In this document: piece by piece, positions 39,470-48,908 of the stretch
Numbering within the stretch: position 1 is the first letter of the stretch
Layout: each line of letters starts with the position of its first letter
DNA from: a virus
Reading direction: 5' to 3' (one strand)
IMG/VR virus record: IMGVR_UViG_3300030099_005838
DNA: 64,000 nucleotides
The notes under the pieces: model-generated
Database searches by the model: none
Seen by the model: the letters and a program-made list of their open reading frames with translations, nothing else
Told to the model about the DNA's origin: nothing
Program-made: the position numbers and the translations under genes

Positions 39470-41968
39470 ATGTATCAGAATATTTATTTCGACCAAAGAA
39501 AACAACAAGTTCATATATGGGATGATGAAAAAGGTTATTTCGTACTACCATACAGAAAATATGCTTATGTGAAAGATAGGCTTGGTACTTACATATCTTT
39601 ATATGGAGATAAACTTAAAAAAATTAAAAAGTGGGATAACGAAACACCGAATCTATTCGAATCAGATGTACCACCTGAAACCAGAGTTTTAGTAGACCAA
39701 TACACAGATAGTGAAGAGACATCGAAAGGTCATGTGATTATGACAATTGATATTGAGGTTGAAGTTACCGATGGTTTTCCAGACATACATAAAGCGGATA
39801 ATAAAATAACTTCTATTGCTATACACTCTTCTTCAGATGACACCTATTATACCTTGGTACTAGACCCAAAAGATAATCTAAAATTAAAATCATATGACAA
39901 TGTTGAGATAGAAACATTTGAGAATGAGTTTGAACTGTTACAAAAATTTTATATGATTTACCTAAAGATAAAACCAACCATAATAACAGGCTGGAACATA
40001 GATGGTTTTGATATGCCTTATCTTTATAAAAGAAGTTCTAACATTGTTGGTAGTAACGTTGCTGATTTACTTTCACCAATTAGAATAGTCAATTGGAATA
40101 AACATAGGAAGAGGTATATGTTTGCTGGTGTTAGTTGTTTAGACTATCTGGCACTGTACAAACTTTTCACCTACACACAATTATCATCTTATAGATTGGA
40201 TGCTGTTGCTGAGTTTGAGTTGAGTGAGAATAAGATAGAGTATACTGGTACACTAAATGATTTATATGAGAATGATATAGATAAGTTTGTTGAATATAAT
40301 ATACATGATGTTCGTCTTGTCAAAAGATTAAATGATAAATTAGATTTTATCGAAATGGCTCGTGGTGTATGTCACGTAGGTCATGTTCCTTATGAAGATG
40401 TTTACTTTTCTTCTCGCTACTTAGAAGGTGCAATATTAGTCTACCTAAGAAAAATAGGTGTAGTTGCTCCTAACAAACCACCAAGACCTGAAAGGTTAGA
40501 GGGTGGAGATAAGTTCACAGGTGCTTATGTACAACCACCACAAAAGGGTAAACACGATTGGGTATTCGATTTAGATATTACTTCTATGTATCCATCAGTT
40601 ATTATGTCTTTAAATATCTCACCTGAAACAAAGATTGGTAAACTCGCTGGTTGGGATGCTGAGGAGTTTATAAGGGGAACTAAAAAGACATATACGTTGT
40701 TATCCAATGGTAGAGAAAAGGGGAGATTAACAGAAACAGAGTTAAAAGATTTCTTCGACAAAAATAATGTTTCGGTATCTTCTAATGGTGTATTATATAG
40801 AAATGATAAGCAAGGACTGATACCTGCACTACTATCGAAATGGTTTGATACTCGTGTAGAATACAGAAAGTTGATGAAGAAGTTCGGTGATGCAGGTGAT
40901 GAACAAAAGTATAGTTACTTCAAAAGTCGTCAGTTGATTCAAAAGGTTGTACTGAATTCGTTATACGGTGTGTTAGGTTTATCTGTGTTTAGATTCTATG
41001 ATTTAGATAATGCAGAAGCTACTACACTTACAGGTCAAGAACTAATCAAATTTACAAAGAAGATTGGTAACTTTTTTTACAACAATGCGTTAGAAACTAA
41101 TGATGAAGATTATTGTATTTACATAGATACTGATTCAGTATTCTATTCGGCTTTACCAATTGTACAAAAAAGATTTCCCAATAAGGAATTTACAGAAACC
41201 AGAATGAGTAAGATTATTTTGGATGTGGCTGATGAGATGCAGACATATCTGAATAAGTCTTATGATTATTTCGGTAAGAAGTTTCTAAACTTAGACAAAC
41301 ATAGGTTTGAGATAAAGCAGGAATTGATTGCTAAGAGTGGTTTGTTTATCGTAAAGAAACGATACGGCATGAAGATTATCAATGACAATGGAGTAAAGGT
41401 AAACAAACTGCATGTAAAAGGTTTGGACTTAGTTCGTAGCAACTTTCCAAAGGCTATGGGGCAGTTGTTAAAAGATGTGTTAGAAGATATACTTGCAAAC
41501 GTACCCAAAGATAAGATTGATGAAAGAATTATAAACTTCAAAGAGTCAATGAAATTAGTTGATTTTGATAAGATAGCGATGCCCACTGGTGTTAGAAATC
41601 TAAAAAAGTATAGTGCCGGAAAGAGTGGTAACTTCACTCAGTTTGCAAAAGGTTCACCAGCTCACGTTAAGGCAGCGATAAACTACAATGATTTAATGAA
41701 ACACTTTGGGGTATATGGAAAATACGAACCTATATCAGAAGCAGAAAAGATAAAATGGGTTTATCTAAAACAGAATGAATTAGGTTTAGAGTCTTGTGGA
41801 TATAAGGGTTACGATGATCCTCCACAAATAATAGACTTCATAAAAACTTTTATAGACCATAAGAAAATGTATTCACAAATGCTTGAGAAAAAGATAACAC
41901 TTTTTTATGAAACTTTAAAATGGAATGAACCAGTTAACAAAAAAACATCTATGGAAAGATTTTTTTAG
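39470..41968 (+). CDS. polB: Family-B DNA polymerase with 3'-5' exonuclease (gp43-like)
   Basis: DIEV, GWN...FD..Y, YNI.DV, FDLDITSMYPS, K..LNSLYG, YIDTDS, KKRY. Confidence 0.96.
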   Translation: MYQNIYFDQRKQQVHIWDDEKGYFVLPYRKYAYVKDRLGTYISLYGDKLKKIKKWDNETPNLFESDVPPETRVLVDQYTDSEETSKGHVIMTIDIEVEVTDGFPDIHKADNKITSIAIHSSSDDTYYTLVLDPKDNLKLKSYDNVEIETFENEFELLQKFYMIYLKIKPTIITGWNIDGFDMPYLYKRSSNIVGSNVADLLSPIRIVNWNKHRKRYMFAGVSCLDYLALYKLFTYTQLSSYRLDAVAEFELSENKIEYTGTLNDLYENDIDKFVEYNIHDVRLVKRLNDKLDFIEMARGVCHVGHVPYEDVYFSSRYLEGAILVYLRKIGVVAPNKPPRPERLEGGDKFTGAYVQPPQKGKHDWVFDLDITSMYPSVIMSLNISPETKIGKLAGWDAEEFIRGTKKTYTLLSNGREKGRLTETELKDFFDKNNVSVSSNGVLYRNDKQGLIPALLSKWFDTRVEYRKLMKKFGDAGDEQKYSYFKSRQLIQKVVLNSLYGVLGLSVFRFYDLDNAEATTLTGQELIKFTKKIGNFFYNNALETNDEDYCIYIDTDSVFYSALPIVQKRFPNKEFTETRMSKIILDVADEMQTYLNKSYDYFGKKFLNLDKHRFEIKQELIAKSGLFIVKKRYGMKIINDNGVKVNKLHVKGLDLVRSNFPKAMGQLLKDVLEDILANVPKDKIDERIINFKESMKLVDFDKIAMPTGVRNLKKYSAGKSGNFTQFAKGSPAHVKAAINYNDLMKHFGVYGKYEPISEAEKIKWVYLKQNELGLESCGYKGYDDPPQIIDFIKTFIDHKKMYSQMLEKKITLFYETLKWNEPVNKKTSMERFF

Positions 41969-42017
41969 TTTTGGGGATTTCAAACAATAGTTATAATTAA
42001 CATAGGAGAAATAGGTT

Positions 42018-42734
42018 ATGCAAAAAATAATGTTGAATAGGTTTATCGACAAATACTATTTGGGCGGTAATTGTTCATCAGTTGTTATTAAGAGCACAGG
42101 AAACCAATTGTCTACGAGATTTATTACGGGAGATAAAAATCTTCTTGGTGAGTTGAAGTTGGATGGATGGTCTTTTGATGAAATAGAAATGGGTGTGTAT
42201 AATACAGAACAGTTAGTTAAGTTACTTTCTGTATTGTCAGATAATATAGGGATGGACTTGATGAAGGTTGGTGATAAGGCAGTTTCACTTAAACTATCTG
42301 ATAGTAAATCAACTGTGAACTATATGCTCTCTGATTTGTCTGTTATTAATACACCACCGAACTTAAAAGAGATACCTAACTTTGAGTTGAAAATCAAAGT
42401 TGATTCCTCATTTATGAATAAGTTCATAGCTGGTAAGTCTGCACTTCCTGAGACAGATAACTTTACTATTATCACTACAGATAATGATTGTAAGGTTGTA
42501 ATTGGTTACGCTGAGATTAACACAAATCGTGTCACTCTTCCTGTTGAAACAGATGAAGTGAGTAAGATTGATAATGTTTCTTTCAACGCAAATCTTTTTA
42601 AAGATGTATTGGTTGCTAACAAAGAATGTGAAAGTGCAACCTTAGAAGTATCATCAGAAGGATTGGCCAGAATCAATTTTAAGATAGATGACTATGACGC
42701 AACATACTATCTTGTCGCTGAAACAGATGTGTAA
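42018..42734 (+). CDS. Sliding clamp (gp45/PCNA-like)
   Basis: Size, repeat pattern and position between polB and the clamp loader; ends YYLVAETDV. Confidence 0.75.
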   Translation: MQKIMLNRFIDKYYLGGNCSSVVIKSTGNQLSTRFITGDKNLLGELKLDGWSFDEIEMGVYNTEQLVKLLSVLSDNIGMDLMKVGDKAVSLKLSDSKSTVNYMLSDLSVINTPPNLKEIPNFELKIKVDSSFMNKFIAGKSALPETDNFTIITTDNDCKVVIGYAEINTNRVTLPVETDEVSKIDNVSFNANLFKDVLVANKECESATLEVSSEGLARINFKIDDYDATYYLVAETDV

Positions 42735-43493
42735 ATGGAATCTTATGTAGATAAAACAAAAATATCTTTAAGGCCAGTTCACAAAAAACTGGCCAAAGAT
42801 ATGATTGTAAAAAATCACTACAGTAAAAAATTTTCTGCTTGTAGATATACGCTTGGTGTGTTTAATAAATCTACAGAACATAAGTTTTTTGGTGGTGAAA
42901 CAGAGGATTTTATAGGAGTCGCATGTTATGGGTTTCCGGTTGGTAGAAGAGTTATTGGTTCAATATTTAAAGAAGAAATTATAGAAAATAAAAATATCTT
43001 AGAGTTAAAAAGATTATTTATTCATGATGGATATGGAAAGAACATAGAGTCATATGTAATATCATCTTCATTTAAATGGTTGAAACAATATGCTACAGAC
43101 ATAAAAGTTCTGATATCATATGCTGATCCTGAACAGAGTCATGATGGTGCTATATATCAAGCTACAAATTGGATATATCAAGGTTGTGGTGATTTTCAAT
43201 TAGCACCAACATACTCACTCAGACTTGAAGAAGGTGGTGATTGGATGCATAGTAGAAATGTGTATTCTAAGTTTGGTTCAGCTGCACCTGAGAAGTTAAA
43301 GAAATCAATCGGTCATGATTTTTGGCTAAAGAAAGAAGCAAGTAAACATAGATACATTTATTTTCTTGGTAATAAAAAAGAAAATAGATACTTCAAAAAA
43401 ATGATGAAACATCCTATAATGGATTATCCTAAAAATTACAAACATGATGTTGAAATAACAAAAGTTGAGGTTAATAATACAAAATGGCAATAG
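42735..43493 (+). CDS. Mom-like DNA-modifying GNAT acetyltransferase #1
   Basis: MIVKNHYS, GVACYG.P, ELKRLF, KNIESYVIS....LK, ISYADPEQSHDGAIYQATNWIYQG. Confidence 0.75.
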   Translation: MESYVDKTKISLRPVHKKLAKDMIVKNHYSKKFSACRYTLGVFNKSTEHKFFGGETEDFIGVACYGFPVGRRVIGSIFKEEIIENKNILELKRLFIHDGYGKNIESYVISSSFKWLKQYATDIKVLISYADPEQSHDGAIYQATNWIYQGCGDFQLAPTYSLRLEEGGDWMHSRNVYSKFGSAAPEKLKKSIGHDFWLKKEASKHRYIYFLGNKKENRYFKKMMKHPIMDYPKNYKHDVEITKVEVNNTKWQ

Positions 43494-44404
43494 AACATAG
43501 TTTATGGGTTGAGAAATACAGACCACTAGAGTTAGAAAATTATATTGGAAACGAACATCTAAAAAGTAAAGTAAGGATTTACTTGGAAAGTGGTGATATG
43601 CCCCACTTGTTATTGTTTGGTAGAGCTGGTACTGGTAAGACAACTCTTGCAAAGATGTTGGTAAATAGTATAGATTGTGATTATCTATACATAAATGCTT
43701 CAGATGAAAATAATGTAGAGACAGTTAGAACTAAAGTGAAGAACTTTGCCTCTACTATTGGATTCAAAGATATGAAGATTATAATATTAGACGAGTGTGA
43801 TTATATTACACCAAATGCTCAGGCTGCACTTCGTAATCTTATGGAAACATTCTCTAAACATTGTAGATTCATACTTACCTGTAATTTTGTAGAGAGGGTA
43901 ATAGACCCAATTCAAAGTCGTTGTCAATCATTTCAAATAATACCCCCTGATAGAAAAGATGTTGCACTACACCTAAGTCAAATACTGAAGAACGAAAATG
44001 TTACATTCAAAAATTCTGATATCGCTACAATAGTTAATGGTGGGTATCCTGATATCAGAAGAGTTATAAATGCAACACAAAGACAGGTTGTAGACGAAAA
44101 GTTAGTAATAGATAAACAATCTATGTTTGAAAATGATTATAAGATAACATTGATAGAGATTCTAAAAAAGGAAAACAAAAGAGAATCTTTCAAAAAAATA
44201 AGAAAACTTTTGGCGGATAGTAAAGTTACAGATTTCTCTGATGGGTTTAGACTATTATATGATACATTAGATGATTGGGCCGTAGGACATACTGCAGAAG
44301 TTATACTTACTCTTGCTGAAGGGCAAAGGGATGACATAGTTGTGGTGGATAAGGAAATAAACTTTATGGCTACAATGGTTAAAATACTAACAATAATTAA
44401 GTGA
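43484..44404 (+). CDS. Clamp loader AAA+ subunit (gp44/RFC small subunit-like)
   Basis: WVEKYRP, G.AGTGKTT, INASDE, ILDECD, QAALRN.ME, SRC. Confidence 0.95.
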   Translation: MAIEHSLWVEKYRPLELENYIGNEHLKSKVRIYLESGDMPHLLLFGRAGTGKTTLAKMLVNSIDCDYLYINASDENNVETVRTKVKNFASTIGFKDMKIIILDECDYITPNAQAALRNLMETFSKHCRFILTCNFVERVIDPIQSRCQSFQIIPPDRKDVALHLSQILKNENVTFKNSDIATIVNGGYPDIRRVINATQRQVVDEKLVIDKQSMFENDYKITLIEILKKENKRESFKKIRKLLADSKVTDFSDGFRLLYDTLDDWAVGHTAEVILTLAEGQRDDIVVVDKEINFMATMVKILTIIK

Positions 44405-44411
44405 GGTTACT

Positions 44412-44657
44412 ATGAATATGAAACCACGAAAACCAATGCCACAACCAAAAGGACAAGTAGAATTAGATTTATCAGAAGCAGAAACTTTAAAATGTGATGA
44501 ATGTGGTAATTATACTTTTATACAAAGTTTTTTCCTAAAAAGAATTTCACCAATAGTTTCTCCCACAGGAAAAGAAACTATAGTACCAATACAAGCATTC
44601 GCATGTGGTAATTGTGGTAAAGTTCCTGATAATATGAAATCACAATTAGATGGCTAA
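44412..44657 (+). CDS. Small zinc-ribbon protein
   Basis: CDEC...CGNC. Confidence 0.7.
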   Translation: MNMKPRKPMPQPKGQVELDLSEAETLKCDECGNYTFIQSFFLKRISPIVSPTGKETIVPIQAFACGNCGKVPDNMKSQLDG

Positions 44658-45087
44658 ATCATTATTCGACCATATCAAACAAATTACTGATGTACAGAAT
44701 CCTAACTATTGGGATGATATATCAGATGAAGATAAAAAGAGTTGGTCTAACTATATGGTAAATAGATTTTTGTCTATGAAAATGGATTGGATAGACATTG
44801 TTAACGAAGTTCAAAAGTATGATTTAGAACCAGAAATAGTTTACAAATTATATACTAACATATTTCCGAAAGGGAAACAATGGTTGAAGTATATTAAAGG
44901 AGATAAGAAAATGAAATATCCAAAGTGGGTTTACGAAATAGTTTCAAAACACTTACAATGTAGTATGAGAGAAGCTAGTGATGCTGTGGAGATGTATGAC
45001 ATATCACATGGTGGGCAATCAGAGTTAATAGATATACTTATGAAGTATGGTAAGACAGAACAGGAGTGTCGAAAGATAGGATTATGA
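44650..45087 (+). CDS. Clamp loader small subunit (gp62-like)
   Basis: SLFDHI..IT, YMVNRFLSM, P.GKQWLKYIK. Confidence 0.75.
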   Translation: MAKSLFDHIKQITDVQNPNYWDDISDEDKKSWSNYMVNRFLSMKMDWIDIVNEVQKYDLEPEIVYKLYTNIFPKGKQWLKYIKGDKKMKYPKWVYEIVSKHLQCSMREASDAVEMYDISHGGQSELIDILMKYGKTEQECRKIGL

Positions 45088-45725
45088 GTGTAACTGATTT
45101 TACAGTTGAGTATACGAATAGAAAGGCTGTAAAGGGGTTTATTGAAAAACACCACTATTCACAAAATATTAATGGTATACAATCATATCATCATTTTGGT
45201 TTGTACACAGAGGGTAATTTTGGATTGCCCAAGATGATAGGTGCGATGTTATATGGTATTCCATCCATGCCAGCTACCGCTACCAAATACAATCCTATCA
45301 ATCCTGATAGATGTATGGAACTGAGAAGACTGGTTTGTATTGATGATACACCTAAGAATACAGAGAGTTATTTTGTTGGTAAAACTCTAAGGTGGTTGAA
45401 AGCGAATACTGATGTTGAAGTTGTGGTATCATTTGCAGACCAACACTATGGACATTCAGGTGTAATCTACAAAGCCAGTAACTTTGAATACTTAGGTGAA
45501 ACTTCTAAGGCCAGAATACTAATGGTTGATGGAAAAGAATATCATGCTAGGTCATTAAATCAAAAAGCGAGACCTTATGGTAGAGAATTGAAAAGAAGAT
45601 TCGATGAAGGTGATGAAAATATATTTTACATTTCCAGAAAACCAAAACATATTTATGTATACTATCTCAATAAAAAAATCAAAAGACAAATAAAAAAGCT
45701 TGACTTTATCAAAAATAATTCGTAG
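45084..45725 (+). CDS. Mom-like DNA-modifying GNAT acetyltransferase #2
   Basis: FIEKHHYS, ELRRLVCIDDTPKNTESYFVGKTLRWLK, VSFADQHYGHSGVIYKASNF.Y.G; ATG 45084 overlaps the previous stop. Confidence 0.75.
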   Translation: MSVTDFTVEYTNRKAVKGFIEKHHYSQNINGIQSYHHFGLYTEGNFGLPKMIGAMLYGIPSMPATATKYNPINPDRCMELRRLVCIDDTPKNTESYFVGKTLRWLKANTDVEVVVSFADQHYGHSGVIYKASNFEYLGETSKARILMVDGKEYHARSLNQKARPYGRELKRRFDEGDENIFYISRKPKHIYVYYLNKKIKRQIKKLDFIKNNS

Positions 45726-45728
45726 CTT
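45700..45728 (+). promoter_or_regulatory. Sigma70-type (early) promoter TTGACT-N17-TAGCTT
   Basis: Matches the 39409 promoter, including ATTCGTAGCTTTAA. Confidence 0.75.
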
Positions 45729-45751
45729 TAATAGTTAAATCGAGGATAATA

Positions 45752-46135
45752 ATGAAAAATATAAAAGAATCTAAAAGTGTATCCTATACGGAAAGTGTAC
45801 ATCCTGTTGTAGAGCAGATGGAAAAGGAATGGCCAGAGATGACTGCAGAATTTAAAAGATTACAAAGAGAACAATATGAATTGTTCCTTAAAAAACAACA
45901 TGACTATGGTCCTGGTAATATCTCTGTAGGTACTATGTTGCAAACAACAGATGAAGTTCATTTAGCATTAACTGGTTTATGGTTTCGTATGAACGATAAG
46001 ATACAGAGACTTAAAAATATGTTGATGAGTAAAAGAGAATCTGCTGTTGATGAGCCTATGGAAGATGCTTACTTAGATGTGAGTAATTATGGCATTATGG
46101 CTACCATAGTTAAGAATGGTAAGTGGGGTAAATGA
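45752..46135 (+). CDS. DUF1599 / nucleotide-modification-associated domain 1 protein
   Basis: F.KKQHDYG, RMNDKI.RL.N, E..EDAY.D..NYGIM. Confidence 0.8.
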   Translation: MKNIKESKSVSYTESVHPVVEQMEKEWPEMTAEFKRLQREQYELFLKKQHDYGPGNISVGTMLQTTDEVHLALTGLWFRMNDKIQRLKNMLMSKRESAVDEPMEDAYLDVSNYGIMATIVKNGKWGK

Positions 46136-46758
46136 AAAACAAAGTTGTAATCTGTATACCTACATATGGAAGCGTGTCATCCTTACTATTCGGACAGTGG
46201 ATAGGATTATCAGCTTGGTGTGCTAAGAAAAATATACCAATCGTCACTATAGAAAACAGAACACATAATGATGCTAGAAATTGGTTGGCAACCGCTGGTG
46301 GTGGTTTTCAAAAGCCAAATCAATTGATTAATCAAGTCGATTCCATAATATGGATTGATTCAGACCAAGTGTTTAGTGTTGAAGATTTGAAAAAATTGAT
46401 AGATTGTGATGAAAAGTTTTGTACTGGCTGGTATTTAAAGGGTGAAACACCAATGGTTGCAAGATGGGATGAGGAGACATTCCTAAAAACAGGTACTATG
46501 GATTTTTTAACAAAAGAAGAATTGAATAAAGCTAATGGTAAATTAATAGAGGTGTCTTACTGTGGATTTGGGTTTACTAAAACTCATGTGGATTTGTTTA
46601 AGAATCTCACCTATCCATTTTTTACCAATAAAATCGTCCAAATAGGAGACTATAGAGAAAATGTTTCAGAAGATGCTAGTTTCTGCTTGGATGTGAGTGT
46701 TAAACCGAAAGTAATAACAGACCTAAAAGTAGGTCATTTAAAAGAGATGGTTATATAA
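46132..46758 (+). CDS. GT-A fold glycosyltransferase (GT2-like)
   Basis: VICIPTYG, WIDSD, CGFGF, SED.SFC. Confidence 0.75.
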   Translation: MKNKVVICIPTYGSVSSLLFGQWIGLSAWCAKKNIPIVTIENRTHNDARNWLATAGGGFQKPNQLINQVDSIIWIDSDQVFSVEDLKKLIDCDEKFCTGWYLKGETPMVARWDEETFLKTGTMDFLTKEELNKANGKLIEVSYCGFGFTKTHVDLFKNLTYPFFTNKIVQIGDYRENVSEDASFCLDVSVKPKVITDLKVGHLKEMVI

Positions 46759-47595
46759 TTGAAAAAAATAAGTTATAGTCAATACTCATTGTGGAAACAA
46801 TGTCCTTATCAATGGAAATTACAGTACGTTGATGGTATTAGAGATTATACCGATAGTATTCACACTTTATTTGGAACTTCGATGCATGAAGTAATACAAG
46901 CATTCGTTACTGTAATGTATAATGATACCATCAAAGTTGCAGAACAGTTACCTCTTGAAGATATGTTGAGGACAAGAATGAAACGTAACTTCGAAGAAAT
47001 TGTTAAAGCCAATGGTGGAGAAATGTTCTGTACTGAGGGGGAAATGGTGGAATTTTACACGCATGGAGTACAGATACTAGATTTTCTTAAAAAGAGAAGG
47101 GCTCAGTATTTTAGTAAAAAAGGTTACGAATTATTAGGAATAGAAGTTCCCTTAAACTTTGAACTTTCTGATAATTTAAAGTTTGTAGGTTATATAGACT
47201 TAGTAATAAAAGATACGGTAAGAGATGTGATTAAAATTTATGATATCAAAACTTCAACTATGGGTTGGAATAAGTATATGAAAGCAGATATTAATAAAAC
47301 CGATCAGTTACTACTTTACAAACAATTCTATTCCAAACAGTTCAATCATCCTATCGAAAAGATTGAGGTTGAATACTTTATAGTAAAGCGGAAACTGTAT
47401 GAAAATTTAGACTTTCCACAAAAAAGAGTACAGAAGTTCGTACCTGCAAATGGGAAACCTAGTATGAACAAAATGATTAATAGATTCAAAGAATTCTTAG
47501 ATGAAACTTACGATGATAAAGGAGAATTTAAGAATGTTGATTACGAAAAGTGTGTTGGGAAGTGTAAAGCTTACAACAAATGTAAAGATTTATAA
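46759..47595 (+). CDS. PD-(D/E)XK exonuclease (RecB/Cas4-like)
   Basis: ISYSQ...W..CP.QW, FGT.MHE, E.PL, GYIDLV, IYDIKTS, QL.LY, terminal Cys cluster; TTG start. Confidence 0.85.
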   Translation: MKKISYSQYSLWKQCPYQWKLQYVDGIRDYTDSIHTLFGTSMHEVIQAFVTVMYNDTIKVAEQLPLEDMLRTRMKRNFEEIVKANGGEMFCTEGEMVEFYTHGVQILDFLKKRRAQYFSKKGYELLGIEVPLNFELSDNLKFVGYIDLVIKDTVRDVIKIYDIKTSTMGWNKYMKADINKTDQLLLYKQFYSKQFNHPIEKIEVEYFIVKRKLYENLDFPQKRVQKFVPANGKPSMNKMINRFKEFLDETYDDKGEFKNVDYEKCVGKCKAYNKCKDL

Positions 47596-47621
47596 TATTT
47601 ATTGATATAACGGAGATAACA

Positions 47622-48044
47622 ATGAAAGTCAATTTAAGAATGAACTTATCTGATTTTATAGATACAACTACAGAGGCCGAAGTTATGTCCAAATTAGAAA
47701 CAATACATAAGGATGCTATAAAATATTACTTAACATTATGGTATCCTGATGGTAAAATAAAACCTACAAGATTAAAGAAGTTCATACTTGATTACGAAAA
47801 GAGTCTTCATTTGAAAACTAATATAATAGTTGGCAGTGATTTGAAACCAAATCAATTTATTTGGTTTGATTTAACCAGTGAAGGTGGTATTTCTAATAAT
47901 CAATCGAGATTCGAGTACATCTATAAGGACAAAGAAAGTATGTTAGTTGGATTAGATGAGTTTCATAAGTGTGCCAAATTCTGTACATCAGAAAAACCAA
48001 GAAAACAAAAAAGGAATGATTATGAAAGTAGCGATAGTAGGTAG
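47622..48044 (+). CDS. Hypothetical protein
   Basis: SD GGAG; upstream TATTTAT at 47596. Confidence 0.65.
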   Translation: MKVNLRMNLSDFIDTTTEAEVMSKLETIHKDAIKYYLTLWYPDGKIKPTRLKKFILDYEKSLHLKTNIIVGSDLKPNQFIWFDLTSEGGISNNQSRFEYIYKDKESMLVGLDEFHKCAKFCTSEKPRKQKRNDYESSDSR

Positions 48045-48423
48045 TAGGTCTTATACAAATAAAAGAAAGATACAAGAGTTTGTTTTTAAATTGCGAGAAA
48101 GATGGGGAGATGAATTAGAAATTGTAAGTGGTGGACAGAAAGAAGGAGCTGATGGATACGCTAAGAAGTATGCTTTAGAGTTTGACGTAAAGTATTCAGA
48201 GTTCCCACCTGCACACTACAGCCACAACATACATTGTGTACTGCCTAGATTTAGATATGGAAAAGCTTTTTACAAAAATAATTATCACAAAAGAAATGAA
48301 CAGATAGCAGAATACTGTGATAAAATGGTTGCATTCCTCCCGAAAAACATCATAACAAATGGAACAAAAAGTGCTCTGAATGAGGCTCAAAAATTAGGAA
48401 AAAAATTCGTGATAATTAACTAA
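48022..48423 (+). CDS. SLOG/DprA-Rossmann (YspA/DUF2493-like) protein
   Basis: MKVAIVGSR, IVSGG..GAD..A..YA, RN..IAEY.D..VAF, GT..A...A..LGK; ATG 48022 after SD AAGGA. Confidence 0.75.
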   Translation: MKVAIVGSRSYTNKRKIQEFVFKLRERWGDELEIVSGGQKEGADGYAKKYALEFDVKYSEFPPAHYSHNIHCVLPRFRYGKAFYKNNYHKRNEQIAEYCDKMVAFLPKNIITNGTKSALNEAQKLGKKFVIIN

Positions 48424-48462
48424 TTCCTATATATTTATATATGTATATATGGAGTAAAAAAT

Positions 48463-48657
48463 ATGGAGAATGTTAAATTAACCTCTGTAAAGTTATTGAA
48501 AGATTTATATAAAAAATTTAAATTATCAACGCTAGATGATAACTTTACATTACAAAAGTTAGTAAATAGGTCTATGGATTTATACGTTCATAATCAAGAC
48601 TTTCAGAGACAAATAAATGAGTGGCAAAATTTGAAACCAAGCGGGAGTAAATTATGA
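48463..48657 (+). CDS. Small hypothetical, possible ribbon-helix-helix DNA-binding protein
   Basis: KLTSVK.....Y..FK.......TLQKLVNRSM.LY; SD GGAG. Confidence 0.55.
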   Translation: MENVKLTSVKLLKDLYKKFKLSTLDDNFTLQKLVNRSMDLYVHNQDFQRQINEWQNLKPSGSKL

Positions 48658-48908
48658 GTTTGAATTTTAGGGATGATTTAATCAAAGCTAGTGAGAAGCA
48701 TTTTGAGGCCCACATCGAAAAGCATCGAATAAATGTTGAAATATTACTTGAAAATGCAGCTGGTGTTGCCGAACATCCGGATATAATGGAAACTATAGAA
48801 AAAGAGTTAGCTATTATATCAGATTATGAAGATAAGCTGGAAGTTTTGAGAAAGTATTTTACTAGTGGTTGGGTAGCTGGAAAAAAGAAAGGGGTATTAA
48901 ATGGCTAA
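48654..48908 (+). CDS. Conserved phage hypothetical protein
   Basis: H..NVE..L....GV.EHPDI.E.IE.EL..I..Y.DKL. Confidence 0.65.
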   Translation: MSLNFRDDLIKASEKHFEAHIEKHRINVEILLENAAGVAEHPDIMETIEKELAIISDYEDKLEVLRKYFTSGWVAGKKKGVLNG

